NCBI GenBank assembly: GCA_038087875.1
Contig: JAXLNO010000696.1
Location: 1 to 64,000 of the forward strand
Length of the DNA: 64,000 nt
Reading direction: 5' to 3'
Origin: Malacoraja senta
Taxonomy: Eukaryota
The notes below the pieces were generated by a model. The model was not told the origin of the DNA, did no database searches, and saw only the letters and a program-made list of their open reading frames with translations. This document shows, piece after piece, positions 24,841 through 35,561 of this stretch. Made by a program: the position numbers and the translations under genes. The stretch's first letter is position 1; each line of letters opens with the position of its first letter.

Positions 24841-26339
24841 GAGAGAGAGAGAGAGATGCAAGAAAGCAGCTATGACATATTATACTATAAACTATATTAT
24901 AAATACACAATAAACAAGTTATGCATTCTTGTACTCTTACATGGGTATGACCGCACATAACCCCCCCCCCCCTTCCTTCCCAACCTCAGCCTCACGGACC
25001 TTAGAGTACCGCTAGTTCCTAAAACCCATTTCCATCACTGCCAGGGACAATTTACAGAAGCCAATTAACCTACAAACCTGCACTTCTTTCGGATGTGGGA
25101 GAAACTGGAATATACGGAGAAAACCCATGTGGTCAAAGGGAGAATGTACAAATTCTGTACAGACAGCACCCGTAGTCAGGATCAAACCTGGGTCTGTGGT
25201 GCTGTAAGGCAGCAACTCTACTGCTGCGCCACCGTGCCACCTCATTAAATTATTTTTTCTGTAATATATTTATTATGGTGTCAAGTCAATAAAGATGAAC
25301 ACATGATTCTGATTTCTGCCCTTAGTTGGATAATACACAACTCCAGTCATTGTGTTTTACATCTATATGGCTGGTTTTTGACCTCTTCAGTCTGAAGGTG
25401 TCAACCCGAAACATCACCCATTCTTTCTCTCCAGAGATGCTGCCTGTCCCGCTGAGTTACTCCAGCTTTTTGTGTCTATCTTCAGTTTAAACCAGCATCT
25501 GCAGTTCCTTCCTACACTCTTTGCGAAGTGAAACAAGTCCTATTCTTATAATATTATTCACCTCAACTAAATCTTTTCTTCACCTCCGTTGCTGCAGAGA
25601 ATATAATCCCAGTTATCAAATCTTTCTTCTAAGTGAAAAAAAATCCAGCCCTGCCAACATCTTCATAAATCGACCCCTGGATCCTCTCCAGAGCAATTGC
25701 ACCCTTTCAACAATGTGTCATAGTCTTACAGCATGGAAACAGGCCCTTCATCCCAACTTGTCCATGCGGATCAAGATGCCCCATCTAAACGAGTCCCATT
25801 TATCCACATTTGGCCCATATCCCTTTAAACCTTGTGTGTGCACGTTTGTGTGTTAGTGTTTGTTAGGTTGTGTGTGAGAGTGAAGCGGTGACAACACCCG
25901 GGAGTGAGCGGAAATTCGGAGACTTGGCGACGTCCGGGGAGCGTTTCCTTCTCTACCCCCACCCCCGTCTCTTCCCCCCGTCCCCTGGGAATGCGGGCCA
26001 GCCCAGGTGCTCTGTGTCCAGCTGGGGTCCGGGGGAGCTGAGGGTCAGTGACCTGCCGGTCGGGCATCGGAGCGGAGCCTTAGCCCGAGATTCACCCTCG
26101 CGCCTCCGGAGGTGGCACCAATGCCCCCACTCACCCAGTCCGCTCCTGGCTCCGGGCCGGGGTTAAAACTCCATGGGGTGTGGACAGAGCGGCCGACGGA
26201 CACAGAGCCGCCGGAGGTGAGGGTGGGAGGTGTGAGCGGTGCCTCAGAGGTCAGTGCTGGGACCACCGCCGTGTCTCACCTATCACAACACCTGCACGGG
26301 AATGTGTAGTTTAGTTTAGACACTAATCGAAACTATTTT

Positions 26340-26403
26340 TTCCCCCAAATCATCCCGCGGGCCGCATTGGACCCCTTCGTGGGCCGGTAGTTTGACACCC
26401 CTG
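26340..26403. mobile_element. hAT/Charlie-like terminal fragment
   Basis: cccgcgggccgca...gtttgacacccctg resembles Charlie/MER30-type ends. The other end was not found. Confidence 0.5.
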
Positions 26404-26824
26404 CTTTAAACTGATGCCCTCTAGTTCTTGAATCACATATCCCACCTTATATATTCCCCTCATGGTTTTTACTCACCTCTAAAACAATTTCTTCTATATT
26501 TTGAATTTCCAGCACCTGCAGATTTTGGTTCCATGAATGTCAAATGGAATAATTAGACTGCAGTTACATTGCCATTTTAAATAGTGTGCGATGGGCTTAA
26601 GACAATCAAATTGCTTGTTCTTTACGGGAAACCCGCCGACATAAAATTATTCTCATTGGTGAGTGTGGAGGAGATCTGGAAGCCTTGGGCGAATTGAATT
26701 GTTCGTGAATTTCTTTATTGATTCTTTTTTTTATAATGTATATTTTTGAGCATGAGAAATTCTGTGATCAGCGTGAGAGCGTGAGAATTTCCTGAAATGC
26801 GTGAGTCTCACGCTCAATGCCTAA

Positions 26825-27130
26825 CGGGCGGCGGGCTGGCGCGTCGGTAGAGCTATTGCCTTGAAGCATCAGAGACCCGGGTTCGATCCTGACTACGGGG
26901 TGCTTGTCTATAGGTTTTCCCCGTGACCTGCTTGAATTTCTTCCAAGATCTTCAGTATCCTCCCACACCCCAAAGACGTACAGGTTTGTAGGTTAATTGG
27001 CTTGGTATCAATGTAAAATTGTCCCCAGTGTGTGCAGCATAGTGTTAATGTGCGGGGATCGTTCGTCGGGGGCGAATCGGTGAGCCAGAGGTGCTGTTTC
27101 CGCCCTGTATGTCTAAAGACTAAAAACTAA
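26825..27130 (+). mobile_element. HE1/V-SINE in the IFIT intron
   Basis: B box ggttcgatcc, core and ctaaa tail. Confidence 0.8.
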
Positions 27131-27220
27131 GCTTCTCTACTCATCCACCTAATGTCGGCGTCAGTGCCTGAGAAGGTCCTGATCTCTGATATCACTGTGT
27201 AGAGTGAAGATGTCCCTTAC

Positions 27221-27225
27221 CTCAT
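27221..27225 (-). CDS. IFIT: IFIT5-like coding exon 1 (ATGAG)
   Basis: Minus strand reads ATGAG|gtaagg. Joining to exon 2 (C GAC ACA CTG) gives MSDTLRDS..., 478 aa. This matches the known two-exon IFIT structure with a tiny first coding exon. Confidence 0.9.
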
Positions 27226-27287
27226 GCTGCTGTTCAGGATTCCGTCTTCCTTCCGAGAACTGGCTGGACCAGAGACAGTGTGCGGTG

Positions 27288-27296
27288 TTTTTATAG
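27288..27296 (-). promoter_or_regulatory. TATA box of the IFIT gene
   Basis: CTATAAAAA on the minus strand about 65 nt upstream of the ATG, between exon 1 and the ISREs. Confidence 0.8.
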
Positions 27297-27333
27297 TCCA
27301 CTGGGTGGGCTGAGTCCAAATAGTTCCCTCCCT

Positions 27334-27363
27334 GAAAGTGGAAATGAAACTGGAAACTGAAAC
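27334..27363 (-). promoter_or_regulatory. Tandem ISRE/IRF-E cluster
   Basis: gaaagtggaaatgaaactggaaactgaaac has five GAAA cores, including GAAATGAAACT and GAAACTGAAAC, about 40 nt upstream of the TATA box. Confidence 0.9.
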
Positions 27364-28229
27364 AATCTAGTCTTAACTCTTTGGGGACATGTTTCCAGAG
27401 TGAATCCCCACACACATGAGTGGACATTATTAAGTCGTGCAATCTCTCATAGCATACATTACATGCATATGCTATACCATAACATCCCCCCTTTTTCCAA
27501 AAGAGAAAAACTTACAGATGTAGAATATGCTCGCTTTTTTTTTCAAGTAAAAATTCCTTTCCATTTCATTATCTATCTTTCGTAAACTTGGCAAACATAC
27601 ATGTAACCTCATACAGACCATCAAGTTAATTAACCATGTGTAAATGTATATAATGTATTACATGTATGAATCGTTCTTACATTCGGGAACATAGTTAGTT
27701 AACTGGTGGCATTATTTCCCTGTCCTACGGCCTTTGTTTTAGCCGGTGATTACATCTATTCCATCCCTCCGTCGCAAAGATGTGGGATTTCAATTTGAGC
27801 GCACTTGTTTGAATAGCGAGCGGCATGTCCAGCTTCTCTCCTGGGCGCGCAATACACGAAGCCGATGAAATGACACAACTGTCACACCAAAGATAGACAC
27901 AAAATGCTGGAGTAACTCAGCTGAAGAGGCAGCATCTCTGGAGAGAAGGAATGGGTGGCGTTTCGGGTCGAGACCCTTCAGACGCACTCTGAAGAATGGT
28001 CTCGGCACGAAACGTCACCCATTCCTTCTCTCTAGAGATGCTGCCTGTTTTGTGCGTGGGAGCTTGGGTGCGTTCCACAAACACCGAGAAGGTAATAAAT
28101 AAAGCGTCTGTCCCCGCGGCCGGGGTGAATCACCCTGGTGTGGGTGTCAAAGACCGGGGGTCAGAGGGGGGGGGGGGTCCGATGGCGGTGCATCGCGGTC
28201 AGTGACTCTGGGACGCTCCCGCGGGTGGA

Positions 28230-28455
28230 GACGGAGGTGGGAGAAGTTGGGAGAGAAGGGGAGAGAGAGAAGGGAGAGAGGGGTGAGAGAGAGAGAAGGG
28301 GGAGAGAGGAGGGAAAGAGAGAGGGGGAGAGAGAAAAGAGGGGAGAGAGGAGGAGAGAGAGAAGAGGGGAGTGAGAGGAGGAGAGAGGAGGGAGAAGGGA
28401 GAGAGAGAGAGGGGGAGAGAGAGAAGATGGGAGAGAGAAGGGGGGTGGGGAGGTT
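28230..28455. repeat. GA-rich purine tract
   Basis: Almost exclusively G/A on the plus strand. Confidence 0.9.
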
Positions 28456-28579
28456 TGGGACAATGTTCATGCCTTCACAGTGATGTGATGGACGCGGGGG
28501 TCTGGACCAATCGCTGACAAGTCCCGCCCCCCAGCAACGTCAAGTCCGTTATTGGACTTTTCTGTTGAGCGGCAGTCGG

Positions 28580-28865
28580 TCCTTTGGCCTGTAGGTGACG
28601 CCGTCTTTCGGGTAGGTGGCGTTTCGACTGAGCGGCCTTTCGGTAAGTTTGCTTTTAGGCGACGCACCCTTTCGGTTCGTTGCCGTTTAGGCGTCCCGCC
28701 CTTTCGGTTAATTCGCATTTAGGCGTCCCATCCTTTCGGTTAGTAGGCGTTTCTTCTTCGGATTCTTTCGGTTCATTGGCGTTTCAGCCTCGTTTCTATT
28801 CGGTTCTTTGGCTTTGGCTTCTTTGCTTCGGCCTCTTGTCTGTCGGCGCCGCGTCCGGGTACCGT
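28580..28865. repeat. Phased 32-bp motif array, possibly a DNA-transposon subterminal region
   Basis: TTTCGG starts at 28606, 28638, 28670, 28702, 28734 and 28766, with ATTCGG at 28798. Confidence 0.75.
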
Positions 28866-28871
28866 TAAAGT

Positions 28872-29500
28872 TGTGGAAGTTAAAAAGATTTAAACTTACA
28901 AAATGGATTCCGCTGAAACTAAGACAGGCTTTCACCTTCTATTAAATTGCAAAGCCAGCAAAAAAGCACTAACCCTTGCTTTCAGTACATTAACAAGGCC
29001 AGCAGACTGTTGATGTTCCCTTTTCTAATAACATATGCGAGATAACAAGCACAGCTTCATGAATGTCTCCATTATAATATAAACATTAGAGAGAATTCAG
29101 ACTCTTGGCACTAACCCTTGTTCTATAAGATTATGATGTGCGTCATAAGTAGAAAAAAACAAAATGCTTGTACTGCAGAAATATAATCTTCTCCTATAAC
29201 CATATATGGCTAACCCTTCCTCTGTCAGAAGAACCTGTCAATCATAAGAAGTTGTCAATCTTAAGGATCTGTCAATCTTAAGAAGCAAGAGTAGATAACG
29301 TGTTGCTGAATCGTCGATAATTGGGGTATTATATACATGTACTGAGATCATTGTCCCTTTGTGTGGGACTTCACTGTGTAGTCTGTGATCAGCATACTGT
29401 AAAGAGTTTTTACCACACCAGCCTGGCAAAATAAAGATTTTACTGCTTATACTGATTTTATTTGCGTTTCTGTCTGTTTAAGAATATTTGGACCACAACA
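28872..29500 (+). repeat. ERV 5' LTR
   Basis: Begins TGTGG and ends CAACA. Homologous to 38382-38991. Repeated ctgtcaatc(a/t)taag units and AATAAA at about 29430. Confidence 0.9.
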
Positions 29501-29501
29501 T

Positions 29502-29522
29502 TGGCCAACGTAGTCGAGCAGG
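29502..29522 (+). promoter_or_regulatory. Degenerate primer binding site, tRNA-Ser-like
   Basis: tggccaacgtagtcgagcagg follows the LTR and resembles TGGCGTAGTCGGCAGG with small insertions. Confidence 0.6.
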
Positions 29523-29782
29523 TCTTGCTGGAAACAATCGCTGAAGACTGAGTAAGAGGCTACAGTTTGGCCGGGGTCTCGAAGGGGGAAGAAAGTGCAC
29601 TATCAGACCCCTTGAGTCTGAACTCCTAAGAGTCCCCGGGAACGCTGTGGTCCTTCGTCCGAAGTGATCTGGTTCCTGCCAAGATCTTTCAGAACAGACA
29701 ACGCAAGGTAAGACAATTTTTGGAATTGTTGACTCAGACTAAGTAGGCTGTGTTTTATTAAGCCGATATATTGAGCAGGGTG

Positions 29783-31488
29783 ATGGGACAGGCTCAGGAT
29801 AAGAGTGGTGGGAGCGCTCCGGTACAGCATATGTGTTATTTGGATCCAGGGAAACGTACAGATTACTGACAATTGTCTGCTTCATTGACTAAAAGATTAG
29901 GAATTGAAGCCTGGCCAGTAGGGGGAACATGGAATGTGGATACTATTAAAACTGACAAACAATCGATATGGAAACGAGGGGCAGGTAAAAAGTGGAAGAA
30001 AAGGATTAGGGAATGGAGGGATAAAGCACAGAAAAAGTGGGATGCGGCACGGCATAAGAGTTGGATGGATGATGCGAGTAAAAGAGGGATGGGGCTGCGT
30101 GAGAAGGATGGACAAATTAAAAACTGGGAGACATTACAATTATAATGTCAGTGGTTTGAAAGAAATCTGAAATGGAAAACTTTAACGCTGAAAGAAGTAA
30201 TAAAGAATGGGTTATTAAAAAACAACTGGTTAATGAAAATATCTCCGGAGATCCCCTGTCTGGCATAGTAACCCTGTTCATAAACGAGGAAGAGGACCAC
30301 CCTGAATGGTGTGGACCACCTCTACCTTTATCTCCACCTCCACAACCCCCACCTTACGCCCCCTATATACCCACCCCTGACTAAACGATTCCAGAAAGCA
30401 ACCGCACCCCCAAGGGAAGAATCAGATATAGAAGATGAAGCTGAAAGGGCTGGGGATGAACAGGCAAAGGGGGGAGTAACCAAGACGGTCGGTGAAAGAG
30501 TTAAGATAAACAAGCGAGAGTCTGGGAAAGGGGGATCACAACGAGTTATGCCTATGAGGGCAATGATGAACCCGCTGGCAGGACAGGGTAACCAACCACA
30601 AACTGTGAGAGTATATATAGCCTGGAAACCCCAAGAAATGATGATGATTAGAAACGAAAGATAGGATTAAAGACCCACCGGGATTTGAGAACTATATCAG
30701 GTCAACGGTCCGATTTTGTGACGCGTCGGTACGAGACGTGTTCTCCCTAGCCGAAGCCTTATTAAATCCAACCGAGGTAGAACGATGGAAGAAGGAAATG
30801 GACTTAAATACATGGGCGGCTTTGCAAGCCCTATATAATGTACCGCCCAATGCAGAAACTCTAAGACTAAACCACATACTCGATGCCCTGACCCAGTGCC
30901 TAAAAAGACCAATAGATATGTGAAAGGTCCTCGAGTGCAAGCCCCTGCCCAAGGAGGGAGCCCATGAATTCTGGGAGAGATGTTGATGAAGTATATAATC
31001 AGGGTGGCAAATCACCACAGTTTAATGCAATCCTAATGAACTGCCTACCCCCGAAGGTGGTATCACAAATAAAAACCAACCTAGACTGGGCAGATAATGA
31101 GGAAGCTCAGCAAAGAAGGGCTGTGTTTGCATTCTGGAACGCAGGCAAGGAATCTGCCCCCTCAGTTATGCTTAAAATAAAGCGTGAATATTACATCCAA
31201 GCCGGAGAGGTTGATGAGGTAGTGCCTCACCGTACTATGCCCATTCGCCAGAACAAGCCGTGAGAACAGTGGGAGTATAATCCTAGACAGCGGGAGAGTT
31301 GGGGAGAACCGGAAAGAAGGGGAAGGTCGGATAACCCACCCGACCGGAGGGGGAAAAGATGTTTTAGATTCGGGAGACTGGGACACTGGGTGCGATACTG
31401 CCCAACCCGCAGGGGTGGCGAACGGGGCGAACGGAGCGGCAATCAACGCTACAGCCCGTACAGTACTAACAATCCCTTTCAACAATGA
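29783..31488 (+). pseudogene. gag: ERV gag
   Basis: MGQ start, WPVGGTW matrix-like motif, PPPY late domain at 30346-30357, mutated zinc knuckle CFRFGRLGHWVRYC at 31360-31401 and TGA at 31486-31488. Confidence 0.88.
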
Positions 31489-31899
31489 CCCGAGCTGGCA
31501 CCTATGGGACGCATGTTCCCCCTAGTGGCGGGATCAGGGGACGAACCTATTGTATATATTGATGATAAGAGAAAACCCGTATTCCCTTTTTGATTGATAC
31601 CGGGATCGACCTTCTCTACCCTGGATCAGGTGCTGGTGGAATATTTGAGATTCCCATTATCCAATAGAAAGTCCCAGTTGTCCGGTTTGGATGGATGCAC
31701 CCGACAATACCCCATGACAGAACCTCTCACTGTAAAGTATGAATCTGCCCACCACACCTTATCCTTCTCTGTGACCCCCAATCTCGGATGCAAACCTAGC
31801 AGGACGAGACTTATTAATGGGCTTAGGGGCACGGATCAGCTGCTCCACTCAAGGCATCTACCTTCAAACGGCACCCATACACCGAATGATGGCACACTT

Positions 31900-32210
31900 T
31901 CTAACTCCTCTGTGGTGGGCTATCGACCTCCCACCATCTCCCCTATATCCAGGTATTCCAGATCCCCATGTGACTCTATTCTACGACCCTACGGGGTGCG
32001 ACGAGACTGCGGAAGAATTTTACAAACCACTGTTACACCCTGGTAGGGCAGGTTAGAGGCCCGCAGGGGACAGCATTAGTGGCAGAGATACAAAATGGAC
32101 TATGGAGACAGAGAGAATTAGTATCTCCCCATGTCACTACCTCCGTGGCCACAGCACACTCATCCAAGGAGCTGGGGTATCTGGTATACAAACTGCAGCA
32201 GCAGGCAAGA
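31900..32210 (+). other. 2H phosphoesterase-like domain remnant between protease and RT
   Basis: Two HxT motifs, PHVTLFY (His at 31967) and PHVTTSV (His at 32130), followed by HSSKELG. A frameshift lies between them. Confidence 0.7.
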
Positions 32211-32639
32211 AGACATTGTTATGTAACCCAGCATTTTTCACAAGGGACAATTGAATATTGGGCAAACCAGCAGACCCAACAGGGCCTCATCCGATGGCAT
32301 CACCCGACGACGACTACTGATATAACGGATCGTATTTGATCGGCATCACCTCATGAGGTAGGACTAACAACCTGTGCACCAATCCAGGCAACCCTAAAGC
32401 CCGACGTCCGCTTTACCAGCTATACACCAATACCCGCTAAAACCAGAGGCTGTGGTGGAATACGGCAGCTGGTAAGCTCCCTGCAAAACCAGGGCATCTT
32501 AATCCCATGCCAATCACCATGCAACACCGCAATATTCCCAGTCCCGAAACCAGGACGCACACAATGGCGCCTGGCAGTGGTCCATGATCTCCGTGCCATC
32601 AACGAGATTGTCATTTCCATGCACGCGCTGGTGCCTAAG

Positions 32640-32879
32640 AAGGGCCTGCCCCACTTTCACGACCTAAATCACGACCTCTGCAGAGTTTGCCCTTGACTCA
32701 TAATCGCAGCATGGCCGTCAAGAGGTCGGAGGAGGTCGTAGGTAGGTCTTAGCAGGCCTTGAAGCTAGTCGTAGGTACTCGTGGCATCAAGTAGGTCGGG
32801 GCATTTTTTCTAGCATGATGAAAAATGTCCACGAGTAAAAAAGGTCGTGAATTAGGTCGTGAAAGTGGGACAGGCCCTT
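32640..32879. mobile_element. PIF/Harbinger-like MITE inserted in the ERV RT
   Basis: Imperfect TIRs of about 37 bp, aagggcctgccccactttcacgacc / ggtcgtgaaagtgggacaggccctt. RT reads ...ALVP | DPATIL across it. Confidence 0.82.
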
Positions 32880-34708
32880 GACCCTGCAACAATCCTGAGC
32901 CAGGTACCCGAAGACGCTACCATCTTTACGGTAGTGGATTTGTAACATGCTTTCTTTTCAATACCATTGCATAAAGACAGTCAATATCTTTTTGCTTTTA
33001 CCTATGAAGGACAAGAGTATACCTGGACTCGCCTACCGCAAGGCTACATTCACTCGCCTACGATATTTTCCCAGGTGTTGAGAGAACAATAAAAAACTTT
33101 AACCTTGAGCCACGGATCAACGATAATACAGTATGTTGATGATCTTTTACTTACAAGCACCGGACCCACGTAAAATGCTGAAGATGCAGAGGAACTTTTA
33201 AAAGCATTGCATGGCTGGGGCTACGTAATACCCAAGGAGAAGGTTACCCGAAGACAGGCCAAGGTAAGATTTTTGGGAATAATACTCAGCGCCATGGAAC
33301 GAGCTTTAACCCCAGCCCGCGTGGATCCTATAATCAACCACACCAGCCCAGCTAACCAAAAACAGAGGAGAGCCTTTCTGGGGTTGTTTCACTTCTGCAG
33401 GCAATGGATTCTGGATGTTACCCTATACACAAAGCAACTTTCCCCCCTGGCATCCGCGAATGCTCCCCGAGAATTTGCCCTAAACCCGCACAGGAGGAAG
33501 CATTTATGAAATTGAAGGCTGCCCTAGCAGCCGCACCCACTATTGGCTGCCCGCTCTACGACCGACCTTTCCAGCTGTATGTCACTATTATTCAAGATTG
33601 TGCTTCAGCCGTACTTACCCAACACCATGGCGATGTTAGACGTCCTGTAGCTTACTTCTCGATTCGTCTAGATGCTGTTGACCAGGGTTACCCTCCATGT
33701 ACACAAATTCTACCGGGACTACATGCAGCCATAACTGCGGCTTGTAATATCACCCAGCACCAGCCGGTGGCAGTATCCACCACTCATTGTGTTGCAACCC
33801 TGCTAAACTCAGGACAGACGAAATATTTGACTCAGGCCCGTCTAGGTAGCTATGAAGTTACCCTCCTGAGCATCCAATACCGTACCTTCCATCAATGCAT
33901 CACCATCATTCCATCAGCATTTCTTACAGAACCGCCCGAACATCGCGACGAACCACTACATGATTGTGCATTGGCAAATGAACTATTGACTACAGTCTGA
34001 CATGACCTACAGGATGCTCCTCTAAAGCAAGCAGACTACACTTGGTTTGTGGATGGATCTTCTCTGGTCCCCGACAATGGACACCGACCTTCTGGCTATG
34101 CGGTAATCGCCAACGATGGGGCAATGATAGAAGAAGGTCGGTTCCAAAATGCTCTTTCCTCCCAACAGGAAGAACTTTACGCTCTGACCAGGGCATGTAT
34201 TCTGGGCCAACAAAGGACACTTAACATCTATACAGACTCTCAATATGCTTTCGGCGTTGCCCACAATTTTGGAGCCCTCTGGCAGCATAGGGGCTTTTTG
34301 ACATCATCAGGCACTCCAATTAAATATGCCCTTTATGTAACTCATCTATTACAAGCCCTAACTGTCCCACACCGATTAGCCATTAATAAATGCAGTGCAC
34401 ACAATGGGGGGGGGGGGTGTCAGATGAGGTTTCTAAAGGAAATGCCTTGGCCGACACCACTGCTCGTGAGTCGGCCTGCCACTCCCTTAATATTGTCCCA
34501 ACAGAACAAAGAGTTATTACAAACAGAGCGGCAATGCCAGACATGGGTGAAGTTAAGTTAATGCAGGGGGACGCCTCGGCTGCGCAAAAAGATCTTTGGA
34601 AACAAAAGGGCTGTGCCATTGATACCCCAATAGCCCTTTGGCTTACCCCTTTTGGACAAGTTTGTGTACCGGATGTATTCTTACCTATACTGTTAATCTA
34701 CATACACT

Positions 34709-35561
34709 TGCTTTAGGGGCGCTGCATTGAAGGCGCCTCTGCCTACAGTTTATCTGTTTTTTCCCCTCGTTTTTTAATTTTAGTTTGTCTAAACAGTTTT
34801 GTTTTGGGGATTCTTTCGTTTTTCTATGTGTGGGAGGGGGGTAGGGTATGGGGGAAACCGCTTCCCAGTCGCTTCCTGGCGAGGATGCGACTATTTCTCC
34901 GTGTCGCGTCCTCGCCCTCCCCCCCTTCTCGCGGCCTACCACTGGATCAGAGCGGCCTTTCCTACCGGAGACCGGGGACCGGACCAGAGCTTCGGCAGCG
35001 GAGGCGCGGCGCTGGATTCACCGCGGAGCGGGCGATAACTACCTGGATCGCCGTTTGGAGCCGGAGCATTGGGCCCGCTGCTCCAACATCGCGGGGCTGT
35101 GGTTCGAGGAGCTCCCAGCGCGGGCGGCGCTGACCGACCTTGCGGAGTCCTTGGGGCCCTTTGCCGAGGGCTCCCAGCGTGAATCTCCGCCCGGCGCGGC
35201 CTGGGGTCGTCGGGAGCTGCGGACTCCGGTGGGAAGCGGCTGATTTGGAGGTCCCAGCCGCTGAGGTTGGCCTCCAGTCCCGACATCGGAGTTCCAACAT
35301 CCCGGCGAGTGGGCTTGAGCGGCAGCGACTGCGGAGGGCTCCGGAGGCCCCGACCACGGGTGAACATCAGAGGAAGATGACTGACTTTGGTGCCTTCCCT
35401 CACAGTGGGAAACTTTTGATTCTGCTGTGTGGGGATGTTTTATGTTGAACTCTATCGTGTGTTGTGTTCTTTATTTTATTGTATGGCTGTATGGTGATCA
35501 CATTTCACTGTGCCAACTGGCACACGTGACAAATAAATGTATCTTGTATCTTGTATCTTGT
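34709..35561 (+). mobile_element. GC-rich non-autonomous non-LTR retroelement in the ERV integrase
   Basis: Interrupts IH|SLTH. Ends in a stem-loop, AATAAA and (gtatctt)n tail. Confidence 0.75.

Larger units (their letters stand above)
18938..25040. mobile_element. Non-autonomous hAT-type DNA transposon in the IFIT intron, carrying nested retroelements
   Basis: 16-bp TIRs cagtggtggaaatggg / cccatttccatcactg (1 mismatch) and 8-bp TSD ccagggac (18930-18937, 25041-25048). It splits a SINE that is intact in the paralogous intron at about 62630-62905. Confidence 0.9.

Noticed and set aside
26135..26174. Alternative coding first exon for IFIT (ATG at 26174, donor at 26134)
   Set aside because: It reads ATG GAG TTT TAA and its phase is incompatible with exon 2.
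28580..28865. CRISPR-like reading of the 32-bp periodic array
   Set aside because: The conserved motif is only 7-9 bp, there are no cas genes and the context is eukaryotic.
34799..35448. Overlapping ORFs in GC-rich inserts (also 37567-38171) as ERV accessory genes
   Set aside because: They lie in secondary insertions that interrupt IN and env, and are open in many frames because of GC content.
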